Below the pieces are notes generated by a model, which searched no databases, was not told the DNA's origin, and saw only the letters and a program-made list of their open reading frames with translations. Positions 1 to 11,004 of a DNA stretch of 64,000 bases are shown here, in pieces. The stretch covers positions 837,664-901,663 of the forward strand of contig OZ252017.1 in the NCBI GenBank assembly GCA_965247485.1, given 5' to 3'. Each line of letters starts with the position of its first letter. Positions within the stretch are counted from its first letter, which is position 1. Position numbers and translations under genes: made by a program. The stretch is from Dehalococcoidia bacterium (GTDB lineage Bacteria > Chloroflexota > Dehalococcoidia > DSTF01 > WHTK01).

Positions 1-12
1 AGGTCGCCCGCG

Positions 13-843
13 GTGCGGATCAACACAAACGGAATCGAACTCAATGTTGAAATCAGCGGCGAGGGCCCCGCGGTCCTCCTGCTGCACGGATTCACCGGCA
101 GCAGCCAGACCTGGGACCCTTTCCAGGGCATCTGGGACGAATTCACAACCGTGGCAGTCGACATCATCGGCCACGGTAAGTCCGAGTCACCCGCCGACCC
201 GGCGCGTTTCACAATCGATTCCTGCATCGACGACCTTATCGCCTTGCTTGACCAACTCGAAATCAGGCGATGCGGCCTCCTTGGCTATTCGATGGGCAGC
301 CGCATCGCGGTGCGTTTTGCCTTGCGGCATCCACAACGCCTCTGGGCTTTGGTATTAGAGAGCGCCTCTGCCGGTATCGACGATTCAGCCCAGCGACGCG
401 AGCGGCTCACCAGCGATCAGGAACTTGCGGACCGCATCGAGTCTGAAGGTGTCGAGAAGTTCGTAAACTATTGGCAACAAATCCCCATTTGGGCCAGCCA
501 AGCCAGCCTCTCCGCCGAAAGCCGTCAGCAACTACGCGGCCAGCGGCTGACCAACAACCCTCTCGGACTGGCGAATAGCCTGCGCGGCATGGGCGCCGCC
601 AGCGACGAACCAATCATGAGCCAGATCGGCAGCCTCGCCATGCCGGCTCTGCTTGTAGCGGGATCGTTCGACACCCGTTACACCGAAATCGCCACCGAAA
701 TGGCCGCGGCTTTGGCCGCGGCGGAACTAAACGTCATCGAGGACGCCGGCCATGCGGTCCACCTTGAAAAGCCCGGTCGATTTGCCGGTGTCGTCACCGA
801 TTTCTTGCGTTGTTACGCACCCGTACGCGCCGAAGGAGTTTGA
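13..843 (+). CDS. alpha/beta-fold hydrolase, MenH-like (2-succinyl-6-hydroxy-2,4-cyclohexadiene-1-carboxylate synthase); possibly 5'-partial (GTG at 13, frame open to window edge)
   Basis: HGFTGS and GYSMGS (GxSxG nucleophile elbow) motifs; directly upstream of menB-menC-menE. Confidence 0.55.
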   Translation: MRINTNGIELNVEISGEGPAVLLLHGFTGSSQTWDPFQGIWDEFTTVAVDIIGHGKSESPADPARFTIDSCIDDLIALLDQLEIRRCGLLGYSMGSRIAVRFALRHPQRLWALVLESASAGIDDSAQRRERLTSDQELADRIESEGVEKFVNYWQQIPIWASQASLSAESRQQLRGQRLTNNPLGLANSLRGMGAASDEPIMSQIGSLAMPALLVAGSFDTRYTEIATEMAAALAAAELNVIEDAGHAVHLEKPGRFAGVVTDFLRCYAPVRAEGV

Positions 844-850
844 GTCACAA

Positions 851-1669
851 ATGACTATTGATTGGCAGTCGATTCAGTCCTATACCGACATCCTCTACGA
901 ACACTACGAGGGCATCGCCAAAATAACGATTAACCGGCCCGAGGTGCGAAATGCCTTTCGGCCTCAGACGATCTCGGAGCTGGCCGATGCCTTTAGCCAC
1001 GCCCACCAAGACAGCACAATCGGCGTGATTATCCTCACCGGTGCCGGCGACAAGGCGTTCTGCTCCGGCGGCGACCAGAAGATCCGCGGCGACGGCGGCT
1101 ATATCGGTGACGACGGCGTGCCACGGCTAAACGTTCTCGAACTGCAACGCCAAATCCGCACTTTGCCCAAAGTAGTCATCGCCATGGTCGCGGGCTACGC
1201 GATCGGCGGTGGCCACGTCCTCCACGTTGTCTGCGACCTGACAATCGCCGCCGACAACGCCGTCTTCGGCCAAACCGGTCCAAAAGTCGGCAGTTTCGAC
1301 GCCGGTTACGGCTCCAGCCTGCTGGCTCGCAACGTTGGCCATAAGAAGGCCAAGGAGATCTGGTTTCTTTGCCGCCAGTACTTCGCGTCCGACGCTCTGG
1401 ATATGGGCATGGTCAATGCCGTAGTGCCACTCGACCACCTCGAAGATGAGACGGTCTCCTGGTGCCGAGAAATCCTCGATAAGAGCCCCGTGGCCCTGCG
1501 TTTTCTCAAGGCAGCCTTCAACGCCGACACCGATGGCCTTGCCGGCCTTCAGCAGTTGGCCGGCGACGCCACCCTGCTCTATTACCTGACAGACGAGGCC
1601 AAGGAGGGCAGAAACGCCTTCAATGAAAAGCGCCAGCCAGATTTCAGTCAGTTCCCCCGTTATCCCTAA
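851..1669 (+). CDS. menB: 1,4-dihydroxy-2-naphthoyl-CoA synthase
   Basis: Crotonase fold; characteristic MenB N-terminus MTIDWQ...[26 protein letters not shown] motif; ATG at 851 fits better than upstream M of the track ORF. Confidence 0.9.
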   Translation: MTIDWQSIQSYTDILYEHYEGIAKITINRPEVRNAFRPQTISELADAFSHAHQDSTIGVIILTGAGDKAFCSGGDQKIRGDGGYIGDDGVPRLNVLELQRQIRTLPKVVIAMVAGYAIGGGHVLHVVCDLTIAADNAVFGQTGPKVGSFDAGYGSSLLARNVGHKKAKEIWFLCRQYFASDALDMGMVNAVVPLDHLEDETVSWCREILDKSPVALRFLKAAFNADTDGLAGLQQLAGDATLLYYLTDEAKEGRNAFNEKRQPDFSQFPRYP

Positions 1670-1684
1670 TGACCTCTTGAAGCC

Positions 1685-2791
1685 GTGAAAGTTGCAGAGA
1701 TTTCGCTATTCCCGTTTCGCATCCCATTTCGCCGACCCTATGTAACTGCGGCGGGCACCGCCGAAACTCGTGATGGCCTGATCTTTCGCCTGCGGACTGA
1801 CACCGGAATCGTTGGATACGGTGAATCCTCTGTTCTACCCCACAATCCAATTCAATTTGAGGACCTCGCCGACCCGGCGGAAGCCGCGGCCAAGGCGGCC
1901 CTAGGCCAAAACCTTGATCTAACGCCAAATGCGAATCCAGCTGGGGAACCAGCAGTCGTTGCCGCTCGATCGGGACTTGAAATGGCGGCATGGGACGCTC
2001 GTGCCCAGGATAGAGCTCTGCCCCTAGCCCGCCTGCTGAACCCGAAAGCCACTCAAGCGGTGGCTGTAAACGCCCTGCTCAGCCAAAGTTCCCTGGACAA
2101 AACCCTCACCGCCGCCCGAAAGGCGGTTGCAGCCGGCTTCAAGACACTCAAACTCAAGGTCGGAACCTTGCCCGATTTGGCTGGCGAGGAACAGCGGTTG
2201 GCCGCGGTGCGCGCGGTGGTTGGCGCCGACATCAAGCTGCGCCTCGATGCCAATGGCGCTTGGGGCGAAGCTGAGGCCGGGGAGATACTCAACGCCTTCG
2301 CTGCCTACGACATCGAATACGTCGAACAACCAATCGCCGCCGGAAATATCGAAGCGATGCGGCGTCTGCGTTCGAGGACCTCGACCAGAATCGCCCTCGA
2401 CGAAGACGTCACCAGCTTCGCCGCCGCCCAAAACGTTCTCGCGGCCAAAGCCGCCGACTTTCTGATCCTCAAGCCAATCTGCCTCGGCGGAATCGATTCC
2501 ACGATCAAAATCGCCGAAGCGGCACGGGCCGCCGGCGTCGAGGTCGTGATAACAACATCGATTGACACGGGCGTCGGCACCGCGGCAGCCCTGCATCTCG
2601 CCGCTGCGTTGCCCGACCAAAACGCCGCCGGCCTCGCGACGCTGGACCTGCTCTCGTCTCATCTGCTGAAGACCGCACCGGCGATCCAGAATGGGTGCAT
2701 GGCCATTCGCACTCAATCAGGCCTCGGGGTCGAACCTGACCCGGCGGCGCTCGCAAGATTCACGCTACGGCGCATTGAGGTTACGCCGTGA
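1685..2791 (+). CDS. menC: o-succinylbenzoate synthase (enolase superfamily)
   Basis: Enolase-superfamily motifs (KLKVG, LRLDANGAW, ALDEDV); position between menB and menE; GTG start. Confidence 0.7.
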   Translation: MKVAEISLFPFRIPFRRPYVTAAGTAETRDGLIFRLRTDTGIVGYGESSVLPHNPIQFEDLADPAEAAAKAALGQNLDLTPNANPAGEPAVVAARSGLEMAAWDARAQDRALPLARLLNPKATQAVAVNALLSQSSLDKTLTAARKAVAAGFKTLKLKVGTLPDLAGEEQRLAAVRAVVGADIKLRLDANGAWGEAEAGEILNAFAAYDIEYVEQPIAAGNIEAMRRLRSRTSTRIALDEDVTSFAAAQNVLAAKAADFLILKPICLGGIDSTIKIAEAARAAGVEVVITTSIDTGVGTAAALHLAAALPDQNAAGLATLDLLSSHLLKTAPAIQNGCMAIRTQSGLGVEPDPAALARFTLRRIEVTP

Positions 2792-4287
2792 CTGCTTCCG
2801 CCAGTGGCCGGCTCCCGGACTGGCTTCGCGAGCGCGCGAGCTTATCGCCTACTCACACCGCCCTCGTCTGCAACGACGATGTTTGGACCTTCGACGAACT
2901 TGACCGGCGCGCCGATCAGACCGCCATCAGCTTGCTCCTGGCTGGCCTGCGTCCCCGCGAGCGCGTAGCCTTGCTCGCCGGCAATAGCGCCGCCTTCGCC
3001 CAGGTCGCCTTCGCAACCGCCCGAACCAGCGCTACGCTGGTGCCCTTGAACATTCGCCTCACTCAAGCGGAAATCGGTTGGCAACTCTCGGATTGCCAGC
3101 CGGCCTTTATCATCACCGATAAACCCGAACTGATTGGCTCCTCGGCCGCTAGCGGCGCCGGCACCCCAGTTCTCTCCCTTGAAGAGCTCACCACCACGGC
3201 AAGTCACGAAGGGTCCGCGCCCGAACCAGAGATCGATGCCGACGACCCTCGGTGTATCTTCTACACCTCTGGCACCACCGGGAATCCCAAGGGTGCGATC
3301 CTGACTCACGCCAATTTCTTCTGGAGCGCCTTTGGTTCGCTGCTCCAGCTGGGACATCAGACCGGTGACCGCTGGCTGGCCTGCCTGCCGCTGTTTCACA
3401 TCGGCGGCCATTCAATCCTGACTCGCTGCGTGATCAACGGCACCACCAGCGTGATTCACGACTCGTTTGACGCGGAAGAGGCCAATCGTGCCATCGAAAG
3501 CGAAGCTGTCACCATGATTTCCGTTGTCCCGACCATGCTGCAGCGTATGCTCGATGCTCGAGGAGACCAGCCTTTCCCTGCAAACCTGCGCTGCGTCCTT
3601 CTCGGCGGCGGCCCCGTCTCCGGTGAGCTTACGCAACGCTGTCTGCGTCTCGGCGTACCAGCCTCTCAAACCTACGGCTTAACCGAGACAACATCCCAGA
3701 TTACGACCTTGGGACTGCAAGAGCTGGAGCAAAAGCCGGGCTCGGCCGGACGGCCGCTGATGCGATCCAAGATCAGGATTGAACGTCAAGATGGCTCTGT
3801 TTGCCAGCCCGGCGAAACCGGCGAGATTGCCGTCAGCGGCCCGACCATTACCTCGGGCTACTTTGGGCTTCAACAGGAGACAGCTCGCGCCCTTCGCGAC
3901 GGCTGGCTCCAGACCGGCGATGCCGGCTACCTGGATGCCGATGGCTACCTGTTCGTCATCGACCGCCGCGACGACCTGATCGTCTCCGGCGGTGAGAACG
4001 TCTACCCGGCCGAGGTCGAGGCGGTGTTGGAGTCGCACCCTGCCGTTTTGGAGGCCGGTGTCTTTGCTCAGGATGACCCGGACTGGGGTCAATCAGTTGT
4101 GGCTGCCGTCCTCCTCAAGACGGGCACTCAGGCCGATGCCGATGAGCTCCGAAGTCACTGCCGCCAATCGCTGGCGTCATTCAAAGTCCCAAAAACAATT
4201 TGGTTGACCGATGAGCTGCCCCACACCGCATCTGGCAAGCTCCTGCGCCGCGACTTGCGCTCGCGCTTCGCCCCCAGGCAAGCTTGA
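2788..4287 (+). CDS. menE: o-succinylbenzoate-CoA ligase (AMP-binding enzyme)
   Basis: AMP-binding signature YTSGTTGNPKG, YGLTET, GWLQTGD; overlaps menC stop (GTGA). Confidence 0.75.
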   Translation: MTASASGRLPDWLRERASLSPTHTALVCNDDVWTFDELDRRADQTAISLLLAGLRPRERVALLAGNSAAFAQVAFATARTSATLVPLNIRLTQAEIGWQLSDCQPAFIITDKPELIGSSAASGAGTPVLSLEELTTTASHEGSAPEPEIDADDPRCIFYTSGTTGNPKGAILTHANFFWSAFGSLLQLGHQTGDRWLACLPLFHIGGHSILTRCVINGTTSVIHDSFDAEEANRAIESEAVTMISVVPTMLQRMLDARGDQPFPANLRCVLLGGGPVSGELTQRCLRLGVPASQTYGLTETTSQITTLGLQELEQKPGSAGRPLMRSKIRIERQDGSVCQPGETGEIAVSGPTITSGYFGLQQETARALRDGWLQTGDAGYLDADGYLFVIDRRDDLIVSGGENVYPAEVEAVLESHPAVLEAGVFAQDDPDWGQSVVAAVLLKTGTQADADELRSHCRQSLASFKVPKTIWLTDELPHTASGKLLRRDLRSRFAPRQA

Positions 4288-4290
4288 CCG

Positions 4291-5112
4291 ATGCAGACAC
4301 CTGACGGTGACGCCGGAATCACCTTTCTCAACTCAACCGACGGTACCAGTCTCGCCTGCCACCATCAAGGCAGCGGGCCGCCGCTCCTCTTCGTCTATGG
4401 AGCCCTGGCCGACCAAACCTATTGGCGAGCCCTGCTACCGTTCTTGCGCGACAATTTCAGCCTCCATATTTTGGAGCGTCGCGGCCGCGGCGCTAGCGGC
4501 GACACCCAACCATACGCGGCAGAACGCGAGGTTGAAGATGTGGTGGCGGCCGTCGAACACATCGGACAGCCCTGTAACCTCTTTGGGCACTCCTCAGGAG
4601 CAATCCTCGCCCTGGAGGCGGCGCGGAGCACACAGCTTGTGCGCCGGCTCCTCCTCTACGAAACGCCCGTTGATACCAGCGGCACTGGGGAGCCAACCTT
4701 GCAGGCAGGCCTAAAGCAGACACTGGAGCGCATCCTGGCTCAGGGTGACCGCGATCAGGCGGTGGAAACTTTCCTCAGAGACGCCTTTGGTGCCCCCGCG
4801 CCGGCAATCGAAAAACTCAAAGGCAGCCCGCGCTGGCCGGACCACGTCGCCCTGGCTCACACGATGCTTTACGACGCCACCGTCGTGTCCCATTTCAATG
4901 GCGGCGAGATTGATCTGGCTGACTTCGCCACGCCGACCCAGCTTATCCTGGGCGGCTCCAGCCCCAGGGAAGACGCTTCTGGTACCAAGATCCTGGCCGC
5001 CGCCCTCCCTGATAGCCGCCTCTCCGTATTGGAAGGAGAAGGCCACAACGGGGTCTACACGGCGCCCGAGCGCGTTGCGGCGATAGTCAGAGACTTTTGC
5101 GCGTTGGAGTAA
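4291..5112 (+). CDS. alpha/beta hydrolase family protein
   Basis: GHSSGA nucleophile elbow, 273 aa; downstream of men genes. Confidence 0.6.
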   Translation: MQTPDGDAGITFLNSTDGTSLACHHQGSGPPLLFVYGALADQTYWRALLPFLRDNFSLHILERRGRGASGDTQPYAAEREVEDVVAAVEHIGQPCNLFGHSSGAILALEAARSTQLVRRLLLYETPVDTSGTGEPTLQAGLKQTLERILAQGDRDQAVETFLRDAFGAPAPAIEKLKGSPRWPDHVALAHTMLYDATVVSHFNGGEIDLADFATPTQLILGGSSPREDASGTKILAAALPDSRLSVLEGEGHNGVYTAPERVAAIVRDFCALE

Positions 5113-5170
5113 CCTGCTTTTCTCACTACACTCTCATGATGGTAGCCACCTCCGCGGCTAAGATGTCCTC

Positions 5171-6133
5171 ATGACCAGCACGATGCAGGACGCGGTTCAA
5201 ACCAACACCGCGTTGGTTGAGACGCGTGACCTGACCAAACGCTTTGGCGCAAAAATTCTGGCGCTGGATTCTCTAAACGTCACCGTCAATGCCGGCGTCA
5301 CCGGCCTGGTCGGCTCCAACGGTGCGGGCAAGAGCACTTTGATCAAAATCCTCCTCGGCCTGATTCCAGCTAGCGGCGGCTCCGCCTCTCTCTTCGGCTT
5401 CGATGTCGCCACTCAAGGTCCCACGCTCAGGCGGTTCGTCGGCTACATGCCGGAGCATGACTGCCTGCCGCCGGACGTCAGCGCCACCGAGTTTGTTTCG
5501 CACATGGCACAAATCAACGGCCTGCCCCGCGCCGCCGCGCGCGAGCGTACCGCCGAAGTTCTGCGCCACGTCGGCCTGTTTGAGGAGCGCTACCGGGCGA
5601 TCGGCGGTTACTCCACGGGCATGAAACAACGCGTAAATCTCGCCCAAGCCCTGGTCCACGACCCCCGCCTCCTGATGCTTGACGAACCCACCAACGGCCT
5701 CGATCCCGCGGGGCGAGACGAGATGCTCGACCTGATCCGCCGCATTGGCAGCGATTTTCAGATGTCGATCCTGATGTCGTCACATCTGCTCGGCGAAATC
5801 GAGCGCGTTTGTGACCACCTGGTCGTGATCGATGCCGGCCGCCTGATGCGCTCCGATTCGATTTCGAGCTTCACTGAGCAAGAGCAAGTGTTGGCCCTTG
5901 AAGTTGATTCCAAACAAGAAGAACTTGTCGACCGCCTCGCCGCCAAGGGCCTGGAAGCGTCAGTAGACGGACGCTTAATCCTCGTGGCCATAGACGGTTC
6001 AGCGCCTTACGACCTGGTTCGAGACGAAATCGTCGACCTCGGTATCGGTCTGCTTCGCCTGGAACAAAGGCGTCACAGTCTAGAAGACCTCTTCCGGGTT
6101 GAGAACGAAGAGGGGGCCGGCTCGGATGGCTGA
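5171..6133 (+). CDS. ABC transporter ATP-binding protein
   Basis: Walker A GSNGAGKST, signature YSTGMKQRV, Walker B LLMLDEPTNGLD. Confidence 0.85.
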   Translation: MTSTMQDAVQTNTALVETRDLTKRFGAKILALDSLNVTVNAGVTGLVGSNGAGKSTLIKILLGLIPASGGSASLFGFDVATQGPTLRRFVGYMPEHDCLPPDVSATEFVSHMAQINGLPRAAARERTAEVLRHVGLFEERYRAIGGYSTGMKQRVNLAQALVHDPRLLMLDEPTNGLDPAGRDEMLDLIRRIGSDFQMSILMSSHLLGEIERVCDHLVVIDAGRLMRSDSISSFTEQEQVLALEVDSKQEELVDRLAAKGLEASVDGRLILVAIDGSAPYDLVRDEIVDLGIGLLRLEQRRHSLEDLFRVENEEGAGSDG

Positions 6134-7019
6134 GCAAACGGCGAAGGGCACTGGGCGCATCTATGACCTCGGCTACCGTCCCTACGAGGGCGAGAGGCTA
6201 GGCCGTCAATACGCCATACGCTCACTCTTTATTTATAGCCTCCGGGCTGTATTCGGCATTGGCAGATCGATCATGAGCAAGATATTCCCCATTGGACTCG
6301 CGGTTATCGCCCTGGTACCGGCCACGGTTCAACTTGCGATCGCAGCAATAGCACCAGCTGACGTCGAATTTATTACCCATGAGGACTACTTCGGCATCGT
6401 TTCACTGGTCCTGGTGCTATTCTGCGCATTCGCAGCGCCGGAGATCGTTGGACGGGATCAGAGATTTCGCACAATCACGCTTTACTTCTCTCGGGCGCTA
6501 TCCCGTGTGGACTATGTTTCGGCCAACCTCGCCGCGCTGGCAGTCGCCCTCTTGTTTATCCTCCTGACGCCGCAAATAATCCTCCTGTTGGGCGGCGCCG
6601 TCGCCACTGATGACCTTCTCGGCCACCTGCGGGATGACCTGGACAAAGTGCCCCCGATACTCGGAAGCTCGATTGTCGTAGCACTCTTTATGGCTAGTAT
6701 CTCGATGGTCCTGGCCTGCTGGACACCGCGGCGAGCCTTTGCCACCGGCGGCGTCCTGGCCTACTTCGTGGTTTTCAGCGTATTGGCCGGCATCCTGGTC
6801 GAAACCACAACCGGTGGTGTCCAACAATACGTCCTCCTGATTGGCCCGCTAAGCGTTCTCGAAGGCGCCGTACTTTGGATTTTTGGCGAGGCTCCTGACC
6901 ATGACTCTGAGCTAGCCATGGCTGGGCTCAACGGAGCCTACTACCTCCTCGCGGTCGGATGCTATATCGCCGTCGCGCTTGGCGTCCTCTACCGCCGCTT
7001 TCTGAGGATGTCGGTCTGA
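6126..7019 (+). CDS. ABC-2 type transporter permease (multi-TM)
   Basis: Hydrophobic multi-helix protein between two ABC ATPases; ATG at 6126. Confidence 0.55.
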   Translation: MAEQTAKGTGRIYDLGYRPYEGERLGRQYAIRSLFIYSLRAVFGIGRSIMSKIFPIGLAVIALVPATVQLAIAAIAPADVEFITHEDYFGIVSLVLVLFCAFAAPEIVGRDQRFRTITLYFSRALSRVDYVSANLAALAVALLFILLTPQIILLLGGAVATDDLLGHLRDDLDKVPPILGSSIVVALFMASISMVLACWTPRRAFATGGVLAYFVVFSVLAGILVETTTGGVQQYVLLIGPLSVLEGAVLWIFGEAPDHDSELAMAGLNGAYYLLAVGCYIAVALGVLYRRFLRMSV

Positions 7020-7960
7020 TGTCAGTAGTCGAAGTTCCTCAAGTGGCGAATGCGGCGCTTAGCCTGGAAGGCGTGTCTCGCTGGTACGGCAACGTTGTCG
7101 CCGTCAACGACATCTCTTTTTCGCTAGGACCCGGATTAACCGGCTTGCTTGGTCCCAACGGCGCTGGCAAGTCCACCTTGCTTCACATGCTGGCCGGCGT
7201 TCTGAAACCCTCCAGCGGCGAAGCCAAAGTCATGGGACAATCCGCCTGGCGAAATCCGGATATTTACCGCCAGATCGGACTCGTTCCCGAGCGAGAGGCG
7301 ATCTACCTGTTTCTCACCGGCTTTGAATTTGTCCGCCTCAGCGCCCGGTTGCATAACCTGCCAGATGTTGATGCCGCCGCCAACCGAGCGTTGGATCAAG
7401 TCGAGCTAAACGATGTCAAAGACCGAGCCGTCGGTGGCTACTCCAAGGGCATGAAACAGCGCGTCAAGATCGCGGCCGCTATTGTTCACGATCCAGCAAT
7501 CCTGCTTCTAGATGAGCCGTTCAACGGCGCCGATCCAAGACAGCGGCTGCGAATGATGGACATGCTCAGGCAAATGGCCGACAGCGGCGCAACCATCGTC
7601 TTTTCCTCGCACATCCTCGAGGAAGTGGAGCGGCTAGCGTCTAGCGTCCTGGTGATCGTTGCTGGCCGGCTGGCTGCAGCCGGCGATTTCCACGAAATTC
7701 GCCAACTGATGACTGATCGTCCTCACTCGCTCATGCTGCGAACCAGCGACAACCGCGGCCTGGCCGCCGCGCTGATTAACCGGCCTTTCGTGAATGGGAT
7801 TGAAATTCAAGAAGAGTCGATGGCGATCCAGACGTCTGACCTCGGTTCCTTTGTCTCAGAGCTGCCTGGCGTCGCTAAGGACAATGGGGTCAGCCTTTTT
7901 GAACTATCACCCACTGACGAATCCCTTGAGAGCGTCTTCTCATACCTGGTGCGTCGTTGA
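7019..7960 (+). CDS. ABC transporter ATP-binding protein (second ATPase of the system)
   Basis: Walker A GPNGAGKST, signature YSKGMKQRV, Walker B LLLDEPFNGAD; ATG overlaps previous stop (ATGA). Confidence 0.85.
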   Translation: MSVVEVPQVANAALSLEGVSRWYGNVVAVNDISFSLGPGLTGLLGPNGAGKSTLLHMLAGVLKPSSGEAKVMGQSAWRNPDIYRQIGLVPEREAIYLFLTGFEFVRLSARLHNLPDVDAAANRALDQVELNDVKDRAVGGYSKGMKQRVKIAAAIVHDPAILLLDEPFNGADPRQRLRMMDMLRQMADSGATIVFSSHILEEVERLASSVLVIVAGRLAAAGDFHEIRQLMTDRPHSLMLRTSDNRGLAAALINRPFVNGIEIQEESMAIQTSDLGSFVSELPGVAKDNGVSLFELSPTDESLESVFSYLVRR

Positions 7961-8694
7961 CCGCCTTCATCTTTCGCCTAACCCTGCGGCAATTGGTCGG
8001 CCGCAAGAGTACCTTGCTGCTGGTCGGCCTTGGCTTGATCCCGCTCCTCGTCGCTGTCGTTTTTCGTCTCAGCGAGCCGGACATTGACCCGGACCGATGG
8101 GCCGCCCGTGTACTTTATGTGGGTCTGATCGTCACAGCGATCTTGCCACTCACCGTCCTCCTGCTCGGAACCTCGGTGCTGGGCGACGAGCTCGAAGACG
8201 GCACCGCGGTCTATCTTCTGACCAAACCAATGCCTCGCTGGCAGATCCTTCTGCCAAAACTCATGGCCGCCTGGGTGGTTTCGAGCCTCTTGGTTCTGGC
8301 CTCTGCGATTCCAAGTGGAGCAATAGCACTGCAAGGTCAAGGAGACTCTTCGCTGGTCCTCGGCTTCTCTGTGGCAATTCTTGCTGGCGCCTTCGCCTAC
8401 ACGGCAGCATTCGTGTTGCTCAGCATAGTGACCACCCGTGCGCTCATCGCTGGCTTGGTCTATGTCTTCCTCTGGGAAGGCGCGATAACTGGGATATTTG
8501 AAGGCACGCGATTCCTTAGTATCCGCCACTACACGATCGGATTTGCTGATTGGATCGCCGGGGCGCCCACCCAAACACTCGATGCCTATGTCGGCGGGCT
8601 AACCGCCGCCTTCCTGCTGGCCGTGGTCAGCGTCGCCGGCGTCATTTTTGCAAACCGCCGCCTGGAGCAAGCCGAGGTGAGGGAATCCTCTTGA
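7957..8694 (+). CDS. ABC-2 type transporter permease
   Basis: Six hydrophobic segments; translationally coupled to upstream ATPase. Confidence 0.55.
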   Translation: MTAFIFRLTLRQLVGRKSTLLLVGLGLIPLLVAVVFRLSEPDIDPDRWAARVLYVGLIVTAILPLTVLLLGTSVLGDELEDGTAVYLLTKPMPRWQILLPKLMAAWVVSSLLVLASAIPSGAIALQGQGDSSLVLGFSVAILAGAFAYTAAFVLLSIVTTRALIAGLVYVFLWEGAITGIFEGTRFLSIRHYTIGFADWIAGAPTQTLDAYVGGLTAAFLLAVVSVAGVIFANRRLEQAEVRESS

Positions 8695-8704
8695 CCGCTG
8701 CCTC

Positions 8705-9274
8705 TTAAGGTGCTCCACCCGGGCCTCTGCCGCCACCAGGCAACCCACCAGCGCCGGCGAGAAATCCCAAAGCCTCCGGCACTTTACTGATCGCCGTGGC
8801 CACGAAAGTACCATCCTCGTTTTCGCTTCCAATGACGATCACTTTCTGACCCTCCTCAAGACTGCCAACCTCAGCTTGGCTGAGAAGCTGCAAAGTCGTG
8901 GCCGGTCCGAGCACGATTGTTTGGCTGCCACCGCGGGTTTCGATCGTGATCGAATTCTCGCTTATCGCTGTAATGACTCCACTTGGATTCTGGCCCAACA
9001 AACCTCCTGCTCCGCCGAGACCACCGGCTGAACCGGGAGCCGCGCCCGGCGCAGCGCCCGGTTCAGCGGTGTCGCCGCCGTCACCAGCCGCATTGGCCGC
9101 CGCCGACTGCAGAACATCCGTCCCCAGCAGGGTCTGTAGCTGTTGAGCGCTGAGACCGCTCTCGATCGTCTTCGGGTCGCCGCGGCCCACAGCAATTCCG
9201 GCGCCGAAAGCAACTCCAAGCGCGAGCCCAAACACCGCCACGCCCGCTGCTACCTTGCGAAAATCAAAAACCAT
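8705..9274 (-). CDS. secreted/membrane-anchored Gly/Ala/Pro-rich protein with DUF5666-like beta domain
   Basis: N-terminal TM/signal segment, low-complexity GAAPGAAPG linker, C-terminal ITAISENSITIETRGGSQTIVLG repeat-like domain; last gene of the MacAB-like operon. Confidence 0.45.
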   Translation of the reverse strand: MVFDFRKVAAGVAVFGLALGVAFGAGIAVGRGDPKTIESGLSAQQLQTLLGTDVLQSAAANAAGDGGDTAEPGAAPGAAPGSAGGLGGAGGLLGQNPSGVITAISENSITIETRGGSQTIVLGPATTLQLLSQAEVGSLEEGQKVIVIGSENEDGTFVATAISKVPEALGFLAGAGGLPGGGRGPGGAP

Positions 9275-9310
9275 GTCTCTCTCCTAATGGGTTCAGCCTC
9301 TGGATCATTC

Positions 9311-10564
9311 TCATTCGTACCTAAGCGCCTCAATCGGCCGCAGCTTTGCTGCCGGGCGAGCCGGATAAAGCCCAAAGAAAACCCCGATTCCGGCAGCGAC
9401 AGCAAAAGCCATCAGTACCGATGTCCACGACACCACCGTCTGCACGTCCTCTCCCAACCCCGCGATGTCGCGGCCGTCAATAAAGGTCGCTGCCCCCACG
9501 CCGACCAAAATTCCGGCGACTCCACCGATCACCGTCACAGTGAGTGCCTCGGTTAGAAACTGCATCAAGATGTCGCTTTCGCGAGCGCCGACCGCCTTGC
9601 GTATGCCGATCTCCCGCGTCCGCTCGGTCACCGAGACCAGCATGATGTTCATGATCCCGATGCCTCCCACCAGCAGCGAAATACCAGCGATGCTGCCCAG
9701 CAGTACCGTCATCGTCTCGCTGACCTCATTCACCGCCGCCGCGATGTCCTCCTGGCTTTCGATAATCACGTCGGACTCGACAACTTGATGCTGGTCTCGG
9801 AGCAAAAGATCGATCGAGGTCTTCGCCTCGTCGATCTCGCCTTTGTCGGCAACCTGAACCGTGATTTGACTGACAATCGAAGAGTTGCCGGCCCCACGAA
9901 TCGACTGGATTTGGTTTTGGACCGTGGAAATTGGCAGGAAAATCTGGTCGTCGAGGCTGTTTTCGGAGGTGCCCCCCTTGGCTTCAAGGACGCCAACAAC
10001 CCGGACAGTGATCACCAGCCGGCCCAAACCCAGGCGAATCTGCTCCCCGAGAGGACTGGTATCAGGGAATAACTGCTCAGCCACGCTGCTGCCAAGAACC
10101 GCAACCCTGCTGCGCTGGTCGACGTCGGAAACGGATATGAAGGCACCCTCTGCCACTTGCAGCTCATAAGCTTCTGCATAGTCAGCCGTTACCCCAGCGG
10201 CCCTAGTAAAGGTATTCTGGCCGCCACCGCTGACCTGGAGGGGAATCCGGACCTCAGGCGCCACAACCACGGCCTCCGGCAGAAAGGCCAGAATCGCCTC
10301 GGCATCCTCCATCGACAGCGTTTGAGCCGAGCCGGCACCACCCGAAACACCGGCCTGAGTGGATGACCCGGGCCGCACAAAAACCAGGTTGGAGCCCAGG
10401 CCCTCAATCCGGTCCGTAACCGCCTTTTGCGACCCTTGGCCAACCGCCATCAGAGCGATAACTGCCCCAGCTCCGATGACGATGCCCAGCATGGTCAGCA
10501 GAGCCCGCATCTTGTTGGCGATTAGCGCCTCGATCGCGACTTGAACGGCATCCAGGAAGCTCAT
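9311..10564 (-). CDS. MacB/FtsX-family ABC transporter permease
   Basis: MacB_PCD periplasmic domain plus FtsX C-terminal 4 TM; N-terminus [31 protein letters not shown] typical of MacB/LolC/E permeases. Confidence 0.85.
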   Translation of the reverse strand: MSFLDAVQVAIEALIANKMRALLTMLGIVIGAGAVIALMAVGQGSQKAVTDRIEGLGSNLVFVRPGSSTQAGVSGGAGSAQTLSMEDAEAILAFLPEAVVVAPEVRIPLQVSGGGQNTFTRAAGVTADYAEAYELQVAEGAFISVSDVDQRSRVAVLGSSVAEQLFPDTSPLGEQIRLGLGRLVITVRVVGVLEAKGGTSENSLDDQIFLPISTVQNQIQSIRGAGNSSIVSQITVQVADKGEIDEAKTSIDLLLRDQHQVVESDVIIESQEDIAAAVNEVSETMTVLLGSIAGISLLVGGIGIMNIMLVSVTERTREIGIRKAVGARESDILMQFLTEALTVTVIGGVAGILVGVGAATFIDGRDIAGLGEDVQTVVSWTSVLMAFAVAAGIGVFFGLYPARPAAKLRPIEALRYE

Positions 10565-11004
10565 TTGGACTCGGCCGCTTCGGCCACTTCTGCCAGAGCG
10601 CTAGCCGGACTGGCCAGCCGCTCCATTTCCTCCAGGGCCCACCGCGGCGATCCAACCCTGATGTCGTCAACGATCAGGCCGTCACGCATTTGAATAATGC
10701 GCCCGGCATGCTCAGCAATCTCCGCTTCGTGAGTCACATAGATAACTGTGATCCCACGATCCCGGTTAAGGGTTTGGAAAATCGACAATATTTCCAGGCT
10801 CGTCCGGCTGTCAAGATTGCCGGTCGGCTCATCGGCGAGGATTAGAGATGGACCGGTTATCAGGGCGCGGGCGATGGCGACACGTTGTTGCTCACCGCCG
10901 GAGAGCTCTGCCGGCTTGTGGAACAGGCGCTCGCCTAAACCAACCGCCTCGAGCGCCTCCGCCGCCAAGGGCAGGCGGTCACGTATTCCCCGGTAGAGGG
11001 CCAA
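10561..11004 (-). pseudogene. ABC ATPase (MacB/LolD type), C-terminal 147 codons only (Q-loop to H-loop); first codon TTG is the internal Leu of ...ELPLALYRG...
   Basis: [15 protein letters not shown] signature, [11 protein letters not shown]alker B, VTHE H-loop; lacks Walker A, which lies on the opposite strand immediately adjacent. Confidence 0.85.

Noticed and set aside
2024-4092. Many long antisense or alternate-frame ORFs inside menC/menE (for example 2024-2716 minus, 2842-3411 minus, 3679-4092 minus), with similar ones throughout the window
   Set aside because: Typical stop-codon-poor antisense frames of high-GC DNA. They show no motifs, Arg/Pro/Gly-rich translations, and complete overlap with well-supported genes.
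10848-11003. The 52 codons upstream of MIELT in the plus-strand track ORF 10848-11333
   Set aside because: That stretch is the antisense of the ATPase C-terminal fragment. The real N-terminal fragment starts at ATG 11004.
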